Positions 37,073 through 51,419 of a DNA stretch of 64,000 nt are shown piece by piece. Position numbers and translations under genes: made by a program. How positions within the stretch are numbered: position 1 is the stretch's first letter; every line of letters begins with the position of its first letter. The notes beneath the pieces are model-generated. The model worked only from the letters and a program-made list of their open reading frames with translations, searched no databases and had not been told where the DNA came from. Source of the stretch: Mytilus edulis (lineage: Eukaryota); NCBI RefSeq assembly GCF_963676685.1, contig NC_092347.1:70642935-70706934 (forward strand). Direction: 5' to 3'.

Positions 37073-40000
37073 CTGTGCTTTAGTGGGCTGGATAATTATT
37101 TCAAGATGACCCCAGTGGTTGGGTTGTGTTCAAGATGAGGTTCTGTCACAGGTAGTTTTGAGATCTTTTCGTTGGTGAGTTAGTGAAACACATCATTTCC
37201 ATGGTTTAGTAAATCAGATTTTACTTATCCATTCTGTTACTTTCTAATTACTGAACTTGTTAGTTTCAAGACCTCATTTACCTGAGCAAGACATTTCTGT
37301 GTGTCCTCTTTTGTTATTAATTTGTTTTTACTGTTGATAATAATTTTGTGGTTTACTTGTACACATTATGATCCATCTTTAATGACATTTTTTTTGCTGC
37401 GTATATGATAATTGTTAAATTACTAAACTAGATTTGTTTGCATTTAAGGTTTCAGGAAATCTATTGTTTATTCATAAGGCCTAATTAGCATGAGTCATTT
37501 ACATCTATGGTTTATATGAAAATATTGTGAAGAGACAACATTTCATCATGTATCCAAAGTTGAATTTTGAAATTCTTCCTTTGATAAGTACATAAAATCT
37601 AATTTAAACTTAATTATCATAAAATTGTCATCTTCAGTGACAAACAGAGATATAGTAAACCAGAAATGATGTCCTTGTTACAATTTAATGCACATATTTT
37701 ATTTATTAACTGCATATATATATCACCAATACGAGTCAAGCATATATAAGACAAATATATGTTAAAGTAGCAGTACTTATAGCTACAACGTATTCAGTTA
37801 TCTAGTCATTTAAGTCCAGTTGCAGGAATCCATCTAAAACTTAAAAGTGTATGTTTTCGTACATTTTTTAAAGAAAATTTTTGATATCTTTTTAATATCT
37901 TTTTAAAAAAAAGCTATTTTTACATTGTCTAGTTACCAGAACCAGTCTAAAAAAATATCACTGCATTTTTTTTTTTTTTAAAGAAAGACAACTCCAGCAT
38001 ATATGTTCATTTATAAACTAAGTCACTTTACAAAGTTGCTTCTTAAGTATTGTGTTTATATCTTTATGTTATGCCCCATCCTCTAAACGGCTGGGAATAA
38101 AGTGTTACTAATGACCATCTTTGTGTTGCTATCAAATAAAACAGTTGTCTAGCTTTAATTTCATTCTGCCTGTAGAATTTGAACAGATTTTTGGTTTATA
38201 AGTCTATAATAGTATTTACACTGTTGGCGTTGTTACATTACATCTAGTTTTATAGCAAAGCATCACAGTTCATGATATAAGTACACCATAATGTTAATTA
38301 GTACTGAATTCAGACCTCTCAGGGCCTTATTTTCACAGCATATGTGATGGAGGTGTAACTCAATAAATAAGTCAGAATTAATTGGTTTGGGATTAAAGGA
38401 TATCAGGTTGTAAAGTTTAGATCAGAGTTTGTAGAGGATTCTCAAATACTCTTTTTATTTATTTTGCTTACTAAATTGATACATGATTGTACTTTCAGAA
38501 TCATAAGAATGGAAGAATGATTTATTAACCTTTATGTACTGAACTTAGGCAATGCATACTTTACTTCATTACTTTTATAGGGAAATTAAAAAATCAAAGC
38601 ATGTTCCAGTTAAGCGAACATACATGTAGACAGTCATGTTTACCTGGAAGGAAAATTGATGAAATGATCAGTTGATTGTAACCAAAATATTGTAGACTGT
38701 CTGATTTGACATTTCTTTGGAAAAAAATTCTTATGATATGGACTTGGATTAATTTTGATTTTATTTTTTCCTGTTGCGCAGTCAAAACCAAGTGTACTGA
38801 ACAGAAAATTCATTGAAATCCTATACACCACTTGAAATTAATATTCAAATGAAAACTCTTGTGTACAGTACAGAAATGTTAGTTATTAGAATTCTATACA
38901 TGTATCAAATTAAAGAGTCAATTCTAGTCTGTTGTGTATGATTATTTTGCCTATCTAATTAAATAGAGATAAAAACCAACAAAACCCATGTCTGATTCAT
39001 ATACCTAACACTTGAAAAAATCTATAACTTTCATTAAAACATTGAGATTTCTTGAATTAACATATACACCTTCCTAGATTAAACTGTTGGGATTGTGTAC
39101 TTTTGGTATGTCTGGAATTTGATATAAAGTACAAGAAATTAGATTAACTATTTTAATCCAGGTTTTTGCAATTGGTAAATAAATCTGTTCAACAAAGCTA
39201 AGTTAAAAGGTATTACATATGTTAATTCCAGTATTAATTTCAGTAGATCATGGTAGACGGTAGTTATGCACTATTAGGCAAATTTAACCTTATGTCATTT
39301 AAAACAAAATTTTGCCTTAAGTGTAAACAAATTTTCAGATCCGCCTGGCCCTAGACGCTATACAACAAATTTATTTCACTATAATTAACTTCATGGTAAG
39401 GTTTTTTCACAATACATATAAATTGGAAGTCATTGAACTGTTGTTTATTATCTGTTTTTAAAGTTTATGGAAGTCTATATTTTAAAAAGGTATTTTTATT
39501 AACATCATAGCTGTATGGTATTTATATGACGTTAACCTAAGATAGAAAAACAGCAAAACAGCAATGACATCACAGTCTTTAACAATAGACAAGTCTATAC
39601 CACATGCCAAACTTTAATTGTCTGGAGTTTTACTTGTCTTATGTTCAGAAAAGTTGTGGCTACCAAAGATTTGCAATTGAGGCTAAACATGTTTGCAGAA
39701 CAAAAAGCTGTATTTAAAAAAAAAGATACCGACAACCACCAAGGTTCATGACTTTGTGGTGCAATATTCAGGCAAATGTTTTTGTATTGTACAATCTTTA
39801 GAAACTTGTCTTATAAATTAACAATGTAGTTTTGATGTTGAAGGTGGATAGGGACTATTCGACTGTTCATAATTTCACGCATGAATTACAATGCACACGA
39901 AAAGTATTTTTCATAAATTCGATATTATTTTTTTGAAATATTTTGATTGATTAGAAATGTTAAATCATTGTAGTTATTTCACTAAAAGAATATTTTCGTT

Positions 40001-43000
40001 ATAAGGTGTATCTGTTAAAGGCTCAAAATAACATTTCACCCATTTTCACCATTTTCCCGCCAAAATTTGGCTAAAAATTTGAGGCTAAACATGTTTTAAG
40101 GCAAAATAATTTTTTTTCCTTATCGGTGACCTATGTTTTTTATGTGCTCATTCTTTGAAATTGAAGCTATATTTCAGCTTTATATATTACAGTTTTGGAC
40201 AAAGTGTCATAGAATGTTTTTTTGATATTCCGATAAAAATATGTTAACACTTCTATTTTCCCTATCATTTCAAAATTAAAAAATGGTCCCATTTACATGA
40301 CCTGTTTAAAAGTAAAATTTTTAGCTTAAATGGTCCGTGACCCCCTATTTTTTTTCGACCAATTTGATTCACTATCTGTAAAGAATAAAATAACTGAAAA
40401 TAAGGCACTTCTGATAGAAACTTCGAATAGGCCCAAGCCACCTTAATATGAAAATGTTCTTATACTGTAGATGTTAAAAAAACAGAAATCCTTGTCCTGT
40501 ATTCATGTTTTTTTGTTGGCCAAAACACCCGAGAGATTATTATTTTGGAAGATTCTGTTGCAATATTTTGACCATGTGTTGTTCTGATCGTTTACAGTAA
40601 TCATTGAACTCTGTTACACAATATATCCTTGTTATTTTATCCCATTGCTTGGTCCGTGATAAGAAAAATTAAGTTTCATTTGTACAAAAAGGGATATGAT
40701 ACACCTCTCAATCCTCCTTGTTGTGTTTTGATCGTCTAATCCTATGCAAAATAGTATTTCTATACTGCATAACACCTTATGAATCAATTACTTTTTTAAC
40801 AAACAATCTTACGAAAAAATATACATTTCAGCATAATTTACTATCAATTGTGTTATATCATAATATTTGTTTGTGAAAGAAATGCAGGACTTTGTGTAGT
40901 GAGCAGTTCATGTTTCCTAGTCTTTATAAGTACTCCAGTACTTTACGTTGATTAGAATGAAAGATATTAACACTTTGTAGAGATACTAAACTTCTTGAGA
41001 TGCAATCTTTAATTTTTATCTGGTATCTAAAAATGGCTTCATCATGGTTATTGCACAATATCTAGTCATGCAATTGTTTGTCCCAATCAGTTTTTCACTA
41101 CATTGGTTTTTCTGATGTGTGTATGCATATTATTTTTTCCCTTCACTAATAGGATATATGATAAGTGTTTCTGCCATGTGATGTTTTGACTGTTGAGTAA
41201 AGGTCGGTCAGAGCTGTTCTAGATAGAAGACAATAATATTGTGTAAGTTCGAAGCCTTATTTCTCAACCATTGTATCCTTAGATGTCACATGAATGTTGG
41301 TAAATAAACTATATTTGTATTATCTCTTTCACCAAAGGCCAGTAAGTATATAAATGAAAGTTAAAAGTTGACATATATTGGCAGTGGTCCAAATGTTATC
41401 AAGTGTTGGAAATTCTATTAAATGATCTCTTAATTGATATATTGATACCTGGTCAGGTAATTGAATCTACTGTAAAACATGACTACTTAAGTTTATTAGT
41501 AGGTAATTGATGCAACAGTGGGTCTAGTAGGATAAAGCTTCTGTAATATCAGAAATTATTGTATGAAGGTTTTATTGCGATTTTTGAAGAATGGACAAAA
41601 ATGCAACATTTATTATTGCAATTGCAAGATAATCTGCATCATGATATATATGTATCTGATTGCGAGTTCTTATTGCAAAACACACCCAGCATTATTTGCA
41701 TTAATAAAAACCACACAATAATTACTGAATTAACAGTATTCAAATGGTAACAGATATTTTATAATGTTTTTGTCTGTTGTTATGACGGATCTTCCAATAC
41801 AAAAGAAGAAAATTGATAAAACAAAAAATTGGGGAAATTTCCAATTTATTCTGAATTTATTCAAATAAATGCAAGGAGAAAGAAAAAAAGGTTTGATTCA
41901 AGTCTTTTGAAGGACTTTTAGGTTCAAATAAAGATTTTATTCTGAGAATTAAACATCTTAAAGAAGTCACACAAACAAATACAGGAAGTTAAGCAGAAAA
42001 GGAAATACGTCAAGAAACAAGTGTTATCAATTTATGAGGGATTGTTGCGAGTCTTGAAATCATTGTTGAGTGATAATTTTCACACAAGTTGTTTTCTTTT
42101 AGCATTTAAGAAGATCTTTCTTATTAATTGGACTGTGAAACAATCCTCTCAATTCATTTGAAGTCTATCAAGTCTAAATACTACAAAGGTCTTATGTAAA
42201 GTTGTTCATCTGAAGTTCGTATGGTGAAGGGTTCTAAGTTTAGAATCATTTATAAACCAATGACCTTACAATTGTCATTTGCTGCTGCTCTATCAAGCAA
42301 GTTAGTCTGAAGCATTCTGCATTTAGTAACTATCAGAATATTATATGCTGAACAGACAAAAATCACATTCCTCATTTAAGTCCAGAAATATTAAAGGGAC
42401 CATATTAAAAGAGGTTGTTGTATCTGCATGTGTCAGGGTAATGAATTTGTGACATTTGCTATTCTTTTCTATGTTGCATTGTATCTATGACTGATTTATT
42501 GTATCTTTAAAAAAATGATTTATAGGATAGTGCCTGACCAATTAATTTACATGGAATAGTAATTGACTTCTTCATGTATTATATACCATAGTAAATGACT
42601 TATTAATCAGGTGTATTTATTGATTTTTGCTGCATAATGGGTTTTGACATGGTAGCTATTGTCTTTACAAAAATAGACTTAAAATGTAGGTTAGTGAAAT
42701 GAGGGTAATTAATGAAAAAGATAATAAAAAAATCTGAAGCCTTTCAAAAATTTCTTATAAGTTAGCTCTTTTTGACCTTGAATGTGTTTAATTGAATAAG
42801 CCTGTGGATGTTATACATATTTTTGATGTAGAATATTACTCTTGTTTTGGTTGATCACATATATCTCTGAAATAGGAGTTTTGAAATCTCGACCCAGATA
42901 CTTGACTTCAGAGAGAGATTTCATTATTTTTTCAACAGTAAAAGTTATTGTATATATATGAGTATGGTCATTTGCTCATATATATAATATACATTGCTCA

Positions 43001-43084
43001 AGGAGCATAGATTAGATCTTTAGCATGACAGTAGAACAGATGTATTTTTTTTTATTTGTATATATTCTTACCTTTCTTTTTCAG

Positions 43085-43202
43085 GACCAGATGGGGAAAT
43101 AACCCTTACACCAGAGGATCATATAGTTTCCTGAAAGTAGGAGCTCAGGCCGTAGACGTAGATGCTCTGTCAGAACCCTTAATGGGATCAGAATCTGATA
43201 AG
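43085..43202 (+). CDS. Polyamine/spermine oxidase-like, coding exon 4
   Basis: Acceptor ctttctttttcag|. The exon encodes (R)TRWGNNPYTRGSYSFLKVGAQAVDVDALSEPLMGSESDK and contains the highly conserved 'W..NPY.RGSYSY' motif of SMOX/PAOX. It ends at donor AAG|GTGAGA in phase 0. Confidence 0.8.
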
Positions 43203-43762
43203 GTGAGAGAGATTATTATGAAACCTAAATCAATAAAAGAAGTGAATCTCAGGATATGAGAAATTTTGACCCACTTATTGATTGTTGTACTGTAAATACA
43301 GAAATCATTGCGTGCATTTCTTATTGCAGTTTTGTCATTTTAGACTTAAATGAGATTTTAACTTTTATGAATTTTGAGAAAAATCCTGTTTTAATTCATA
43401 TAAAATATTTCAAAATATCTGTCGCATTTTTTGCAATAGTAAAAACCTTGCAATAATTTCCGAATTTACAGTATATAGAAATAAGAAGATGTGGTATGTG
43501 TGTCAGTGAGACAACCTTCCATCCAAGTCACAATTTGTAAAAATTAACAATTACATGTCAAAGTACCCACTTCAACTCTAAGTCTTGACTCACACCAAAC
43601 AGCAAGCCATAATGACACTTGAACAGGCAAAGCTTGATTAAGGTCCAGTTGCTAATATTAAATATTCAGCATGAGATCAATTAAACAAACTATCAAACAA
43701 AAAGGTATAAAAATGTAGGTCTGCTGGAATGGAGCTTGGGAAGTTGTGTCTGGACTGCAAAT

Positions 43763-43895
43763 AAAGAAGAGAAACAATGTTAGATCTGCAATTTTGCATC
43801 AGCAAAGTTTTGTTTTGTCCTCATTGGAACCCTTGCTGTTGTGACATCTTGGCAGCACAGTCTAGGACTGTCTCGTGCCCTAGACCACTTGACTA
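43763..43895 (-). mobile_element. Diverged member of the same SINE family as 5845-6000
   Basis: The minus-strand reading has AGTGGTCTAGGGCAC (A-box-like) ...GGGTTCCAATGAGG... and a tail 'ttgctgatgcaaaattgcagatctaacattgtt', which matches the tail of the 5845-6000 copy. It lies inside intron 4 of the amine oxidase gene. Confidence 0.4.
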
Positions 43896-45469
43896 ACTAA
43901 GCAATATAAAATATAGCTTTGTTTATTTGAGTAATGCCTTATTAATATATTCCTGTGTAATAGACACAACACAAATGTTGTAATCATCAAATGGGTTTAG
44001 ACTAGTAAAAACTGAATCAAAAGGGAAAATTTATCTGAGCACCAACTGACTCCTTGTCAACAAATCATAAACAAACCTTTATATTGACAAATTAGTATTT
44101 ACTTTAGTTACCTGTAATTCATGTCTTGACCTACTTTCAAAGAATAATCCATTATAGATTTTTTATGTACATTGACCAGGTTATATTATTTAAGTCTGAT
44201 AAAGTTTTGTTTAGGTGGGTGATATTGATTAAAAAGAATACTACATGCACATACTTTAACTTTCTTTTGATTGTATTTAGATTATCTTTTCTCTGTGTTC
44301 TGCTGAAATAGAATTAGTTTGGGAATAGAATTTAATGAGATTTTTTTTTACATTTTGAGACATTAAGCTTTTGATCAGCAGATAGTTATACTGTTACATT
44401 CATTTATATGGTTTAAGTTGAATGAAGGTCAACTTGAAGTAATAAAAGATGTCCTATAAATTTACTTTTGTTTGGCATGAGGAAGATACATGTACATGCA
44501 TCTAGTCCAAAATATTAAGCTTTGTTAATGTATTCCTATTAGAAATGAACAAGAATTGATTAACTATTGCCAATTTATAATGACTTTCTACTTGAGAAAG
44601 TCAAATAATTCAGTAGCATTATGAACGAATTTGGTTCACAGCATCTGTAAGCCATGCTTATAAGCTTTAAAAAACAAACAAAAAATAAGCGTTACCAGTG
44701 CTACTTTTTCACCAGTAAACACCGAACGGGAAAGTGTTTGATGAAATATTGACAAATTTTCTCTAAATATTTTGTCTTGTGATAACAACAGGTTTGATTA
44801 TATCACATGCAGCTTAGAGTTCAAATAAACATCACCAGATGGTGGTGTATAACATCAACTTGAATTTAACAACAAAAAAATGTCTATAACAATAAAAAAT
44901 GAAAATATTTTAGCTAAAAAATGAAAATATTTTAGATAAACAACATGATCATGACCTAATTTGTTTTATCTGTTATTTCAAAATCTTATCAAATTATTAA
45001 TTGTTAATTATGTATTTCCAACATGCACAATTAATAACAATCAAATCAAGGTTGAATAGCCCTAAACCATTTCTATTCGAAAACATTACCAAATGGCTAT
45101 AGAAATATGCAACAAAACATGAATGAGGATAGTCCTCAATTGATTTCATTACTGTTATAATTGTTTATGTTAAAACGTTATGAAATACAGTCTGAAACAA
45201 AAAATTTAATTCATTATAAATAAGAATACTGGGTTTGGTTTGCCTTGTTTATTCATTTCATGTTTACCAGCATTCTTACAATATTTTACATTACAGATAA
45301 GCAATGCACAAGTAGGAGACATGTGTCTTGAATAATTTTCATCCAGAATGTTCAAGACCAAAAATGATAGAAGCCAACAAAATAATACAATATGAACATC
45401 AGAACCAAAATATACCCAAACAAAACAATTATGATAGTCTGAAAATCATCTTTTTCTCAGGACTAATAA

Positions 45470-45612
<143 letters not shown>

Positions 45613-48600
45613 ATGATAGTTGTCATGTAGTCTCATTTTATGTTGTATCATATTGACACAAATTTTGTGAGAGTTATGAATGGTGCAAATGATCATATAT
45701 ATTATTTCTCATTTTATAGCATTATCTCCCTTTAACTTACCCATACCCGTAAATTTACTGCATATGATTATTTTAATGTCCATTTTATAATATTTGTAAA
45801 TTTATTTTACTGTTAGAGTTTGATTTGCATAAAGCTAAGTTTTCTATGACCTCTATATTTAATAGCAAGTGGAAATGGCAAATTTTATAATTATATGCTT
45901 GAAATTCACTATTTTAACTGACAAATCGACTTTAGCCAGGAAAATGAATGATGTAGAATTGTGGATTTTAGTTGATCTATATTACATACAAGTAGACTTA
46001 AAAGAAACCTTTTTAAGAAGAATAGAAAAAGAAACCATTAAGGTGGTACCTAACACTACAGGGAGATAACTCTGTAAACTCAGCTAAACATTTTAATTAT
46101 GTTTTGTTGATAAGGGAATATTATGCTTCTCAATGATCAAAATTAGTGTTTGTCAAACTGATATATAATCAGTGTAATTTTTCTGATAAAATGGTTGGTT
46201 CAAATTTTTTGAAATTTTTATAATTTTTGTCAAAGTGTCAAAGTGTTTACTGTCAAAATTTTTTGAAAATTAAACGAGCCAAATTAACTTTAGTGAAAGT
46301 GTTGGGTACCACCTTAAACTACATTTTGGGAAAGAAACAATATTTTAGAACTTGGATTGATCCTTGCACTTCATTTGTCAAATTTCTAATACTTTGATAT
46401 GAATATTGCCACTATTAAATGTAAATACAAATTTTAGGAAATTACCAGGAAAAAATAAAGTTTATTGACAAGTATGTAGAAAACCTGGAATTTTAATAGT
46501 CTGTTGGAGTCAGTATAATATTATTCAGTGCAAAAGTTGACCTCAGTATATTTTTTTTCTTGATAAGAAGGCATTTTATAAATTGTTTTATTTTTAACAA
46601 TAGAAAAAACAACAACAAGAAACTAATGATTATAAAAGAGGATAATAATTTCTAGGAAGGTTTGTCCCCCTCTAGAATATATAACGCAAAGTCTGATTTT
46701 ATTTATTCACTCATATATATAGTACAAAGGTCTTATATGAGCTGTTATATTAAATGTTTAGGGATACTATAAAAAAAAAATAAGCATAATGTTCAAGACA
46801 TTGTCCGAAATTTTTCAGGAAGGTCAGCAGGCCTGAAGAGGTATTTTAGGTATCTAGACCTATTCCATTTGTATTTTAATCAATATAACAGGCTTTTCAT
46901 AAAAGTTGGGCAGACCTCAATTGAACATTGATTCAAAAGCTGATACATGTACCTTTTATTTTTTAATGTTTTGATATTATTTTCACAAAAGTTCATGTTT
47001 TTATGAAAAGTAAGTTCAATTTTTATACATGTATCTCCTTTGACATGAATTTCCCACAAAACCAGCTTGTTGAATTTTAGCTGTATAATATTTTTATGAC
47101 AAAGGTCTAGGTTGTTGAATTTGAAGTGAAAATTTCACATTATAAGTAGCATCTGTGAATTTAGTGGAAATTTAACACACAAAAATTTAGTTTGCTGTTT
47201 TGATCACCTAATAACCTCAGGAATAATTCTAAGGTACATCAACATGTTGGCGTTGTGTATAATTATTTCAATTATTATTTATATAGCATTGTATTATCAC
47301 CTATGAGCGGGTCTTTTAATACCTCAGACTACCAACTCGTTAATGTTATTTATTAAATTTATAGCTAATTCTGTTTGAACACAGTTTATGCATTTTGTTA
47401 AAATATCTCCACATATATTTATCATATGATCATTTAAACCAATGTTAATTTTTTTCTGATAGATGAAAGATATTGTTTTGTTATTGTGGGCTTATGAGAA
47501 ATTTTAAAATGGTGCTCACTGGTCTGTGTACAAGGGAGATTATTCTCTGTTCACAGGAAAAAATATTTTACACAGATTTGATTGGAAATTCTTGAAATTG
47601 AAGCTGTCATGGACAGGTATTTGTAATTGTAGTCACTGGCAATGAGTATTTGCAAGTGGTTTGTTCAATCTTGTTGCAGAGTTTTTTATTTACTTTGTTC
47701 TACCTCATAAGTTTTGTTCAATTGTCTTATGTGAATCTAACATCTTTTTGAGAAGTCAGTATGCTACAAAAAATAAAATCACTGTCATAATCCTACAAGA
47801 AAAAGAAAGTGTTATCATTTCATTTTTTTTGGCTGCATTTACATTCACATTTTCTATGAATACATATTATACAACGAAAATGGACCAAAGATGAATTTCA
47901 CATCCTTGCCTCAGAAGCTTAGTATTTTCTCCTAGCATAACTTGGGAAATAATAAAGATGGTAGTAAATTTGTCTACCTTTTTCAAATCCTCATCAAAAG
48001 GAACATAAGTTGAAGGCAGTGATGTTTGAAGAAAACTTTTGTCAGATGGAATAGTGAATTTTTTTCCAACAGTAAAACGAGTAAAATTGCAAAAGTTGCC
48101 AAAAAATAGGGGAAAAAGAAAGAATTTAGAATGTAAGTTTGTTATAGTTTGCTTTGGTGTATTTTTTTTTATTCTTATGCACTGATAGTTGGATTGATTG
48201 AAGAAAGAGTCATGCTTTTTTTTTAAATCCACGTTGAATGGAAATGTTTTAGTTTGTCAGATTTTATAAAAAAAGGAAGGAAAAATGTAATGCAATGTAT
48301 GTTTCATTTAAGTATATCATCACATATTTATTTATGTCATTTTTTTCCCTAGTCAGTCAGTGGTATATATTGTAGTTATTTAGAATTTCTGTAATATTCG
48401 GAACTTGTATTTTTAATCATCAGTGATTGTGCAACCAAAATATCAGAGTTTTTGAAAATATGTCAATATAATCTTTTAACATAGTCATAGAGATGAATTG
48501 GAACTAATACAAAAATTAATGTTCTACTTTTATTTTAAATGAGAAGACTTATAATAAGTTAAATTTAATAAAAATTTAAAAGCAGTTCACACACTGAAAA

Positions 48601-49684
48601 AGTTGTGGGTGCTAAAATTTCCCATTTGTTAACTCTGATGTTTTGTATGTAGAATAGTAGGTTATTTCTAACAGGGCTTTTCTAGAAAATAAAACCAAGC
48701 GTGAAAATTAAAAAAATGATAATATTGAAGTAAGATTAATACTTTTATTATTTCAATTTCTTGGGGATTAGAGAAAAGGATCAAAAACAGTTGTCATTTC
48801 ATTTGATTGGGACAATTTACCTGTTTTAAAAAAATAAGTATTCTAAATTACTTAATTTATTTATTTATATGCAAGCAATTTCTTCATTAAAGTTTGGTTT
48901 GGGCATCTGCTCAGAAAAACCAAGAAAATCAACATCAAATACAATTTAATGACAACATGGCCTTTGTTTGCAGCCATAACTGTTTCTAGAAAGGCCCTTT
49001 TTTATCATCCAGATAAATTATGTTTGATGCCAAGTGAATTTATAAAAATTGTGCAATTGATTTATTTTTAATTCTGTATCAATCTTGAATGTATCTGTAC
49101 ATGTATGTTCTAAGTAAATTAAGTGATGAATGCTAATCTTATTTATACACTGTACATCAGAATTTGAATGTGTACATGTTGAAATCAATGTCAAGTCAGC
49201 TCAATTGTCATGACACTGCAAAGGCTTGTTTTGTCTTCTTAAGGTTTCTATTTTTCACCTTCCCTGACTTGTGACTTCCTACTGGTTTTTAATCTTAGGA
49301 AAACATATTGTGGCTTCTTTTTATATATACTTTACACGTTTAACTAAAATAATATTAAGTGATTGTACATGATACTGAAGAGGCAAATTTACGGAAAAAT
49401 AGGAAGTCAAGATGACTAGAAGATGTCTATGGTATGGTCAGCCTAGTGACTAGCATGATTATGAAACTTTGGTAAAATAGCTAATGTCTTGTATATAAGA
49501 TGTCAGTTTGATAAAACATGTCAGATTCTTGTTTAATAACAGACATTTTATTTTAAAAAAACTAATTGAATTGTATCTGAAATTTACGTATCAATGGCTA
49601 GTTGAAGTTCACCCATGTTGTATGTTACAGAACTGATTTTGCATTTATCATCTTTATGTCTTGGTTTTTATAAGTGATCTAATG

Positions 49685-49800
49685 ATCACTTAAAAGACCA
49701 GGACATTAATGCAAAATCACACAATCACTTAAAAGACCAGGGCATTATTGCAAAATCACACCATCACTTGAAAGACCAGGATATAAATGCACAAAATTAC
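49685..49800. repeat. Tandem repeat of a 37-bp unit, three copies
   Basis: The unit 'atcacttaaaagaccagg(a/g)cattaatgcaaaatcacac(a/c)' is repeated three times. Confidence 0.7.
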
Positions 49801-51419
49801 ATGATTACTTTGGGTTCTGATTTTTGAAATAAAAACAGTCATGTTACTAATATTTTTCATATCATAAATGAAGAAAAAACAAGCCTTTACTTTAATAATT
49901 GAAACTACCTTAATTTAAAGTTGACATTGACAGGATTATTATATCTTGAGATTTTCATTCAGTAATTATATTATAATGTTGTTTTCAATTGTTTAATTTA
50001 TGTTCATTTATCAGCAATCTAATAATTTAAAACCGTCCATGGGATGAAAATTATGCCATGCAAACTGGAGTAGGTTTTTATTTCCCTAAAGTTGGTGGAT
50101 AAGAATATGTGAATTTTAAAAACAACCATGACAAAATGTTGCCTTGGATTTGTTTTGCTAGAGAATGTACTATACTTTTGTTTGGCTATGCCTTTCTAAT
50201 ATTTATTTGATTTTTTAAATTGTATCTCTCAAAAAAGCAGTATGACCTAGAGAAGTCCTTATTTATTTGAAATAATAGTATTGTTTATTACATATATACT
50301 ACAGGTTATTTCATGCAAGTTTTTATTTATTTTTTTTGAAATAATTGTTTTGCAAAATAATTAAGAGGAAAAATAACTGATATTTTTTTCAAAATACAAT
50401 CACAAACAGTAACTGTTATAGAATTGAAAGGCCTTGTATTGCTCTGTTACAAACATGTTTTGAAAAAAAAGACATGATATAAGAGGGTATACACTTTATC
50501 TATCATCTATTGAAATACCAAGAGAAATATAGAAAAAGAAACATGTAGTACAAGAAGAGGTTCAACGCCCAAAAGATATTTTGTTTTTTTTTATTTTATT
50601 TAATACATAAATTTTTTTTTATTAATAGACTTGCCAAACACCAAGAAAGTTGAATATTACTTAGAGGCAGAATTAAAGTAAATAATACACTGAAATGTTA
50701 GGTTTGAATTGAAGAATTCATTTGATTTGATGTAGTAAAATAATGAATTGATGCCAAGAAATGTCCTCACATGGAGACAGTTGTAGGATACACATAAGTA
50801 TCAACTGATAATCAAGCAAAACAAATATAAGTCATTGCAAAGTTATTTGTTAGTTTTTGATGAATTGAAATACATTTACAAGATTTTAACAGATTTTTTT
50901 ATGAAATGGCAGAGTTGTATTGTTAAACTTTTCTATTTTCTTGTAGATAGGGTAATGTAATCTTTTGTGTCCTATACTCCAGATGATATCTTTGAGATTA
51001 TTTTATTAATGTCATTATTCAAAAATGTCTTTTCATTGTATCTACACTTAAAGAACAGATTAAAAAAGAATGAATTTTCCTGAGAAAACCAAGCATAGTT
51101 TGCTCTGTATTGGAGTAAGGAACCAGTTTCTATAAAGGGATTACATTGTCCTTTCTTATTTATAGATCAGAATTAATGGATGGTGTGTTAGATTGCTCAG
51201 TGCTGACTATAGCAGCATACTTATTGTCACATTAAAATGTTCTGAGTATTAAATAAAGTATAATAAATATATCAACAGTTGACTATTATTTTAAATATGA
51301 CCAAAAGGAGACATGGGACAAATGTCAATGAGATAGCAACCCATGTATTTAAGGAAACCAAACACAAATATTTTAAAAGTGGTATTTTTTTTAAAGGCAA
51401 ATTAAGGTTTATTGATTTT

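Noticed and set aside
47867-48232. 121-aa minus-strand ORF
   Set aside because: There is no recognisable domain and no clean splice boundaries. It could be an exon of an unannotated gene, but the sequence gives no positive evidence.
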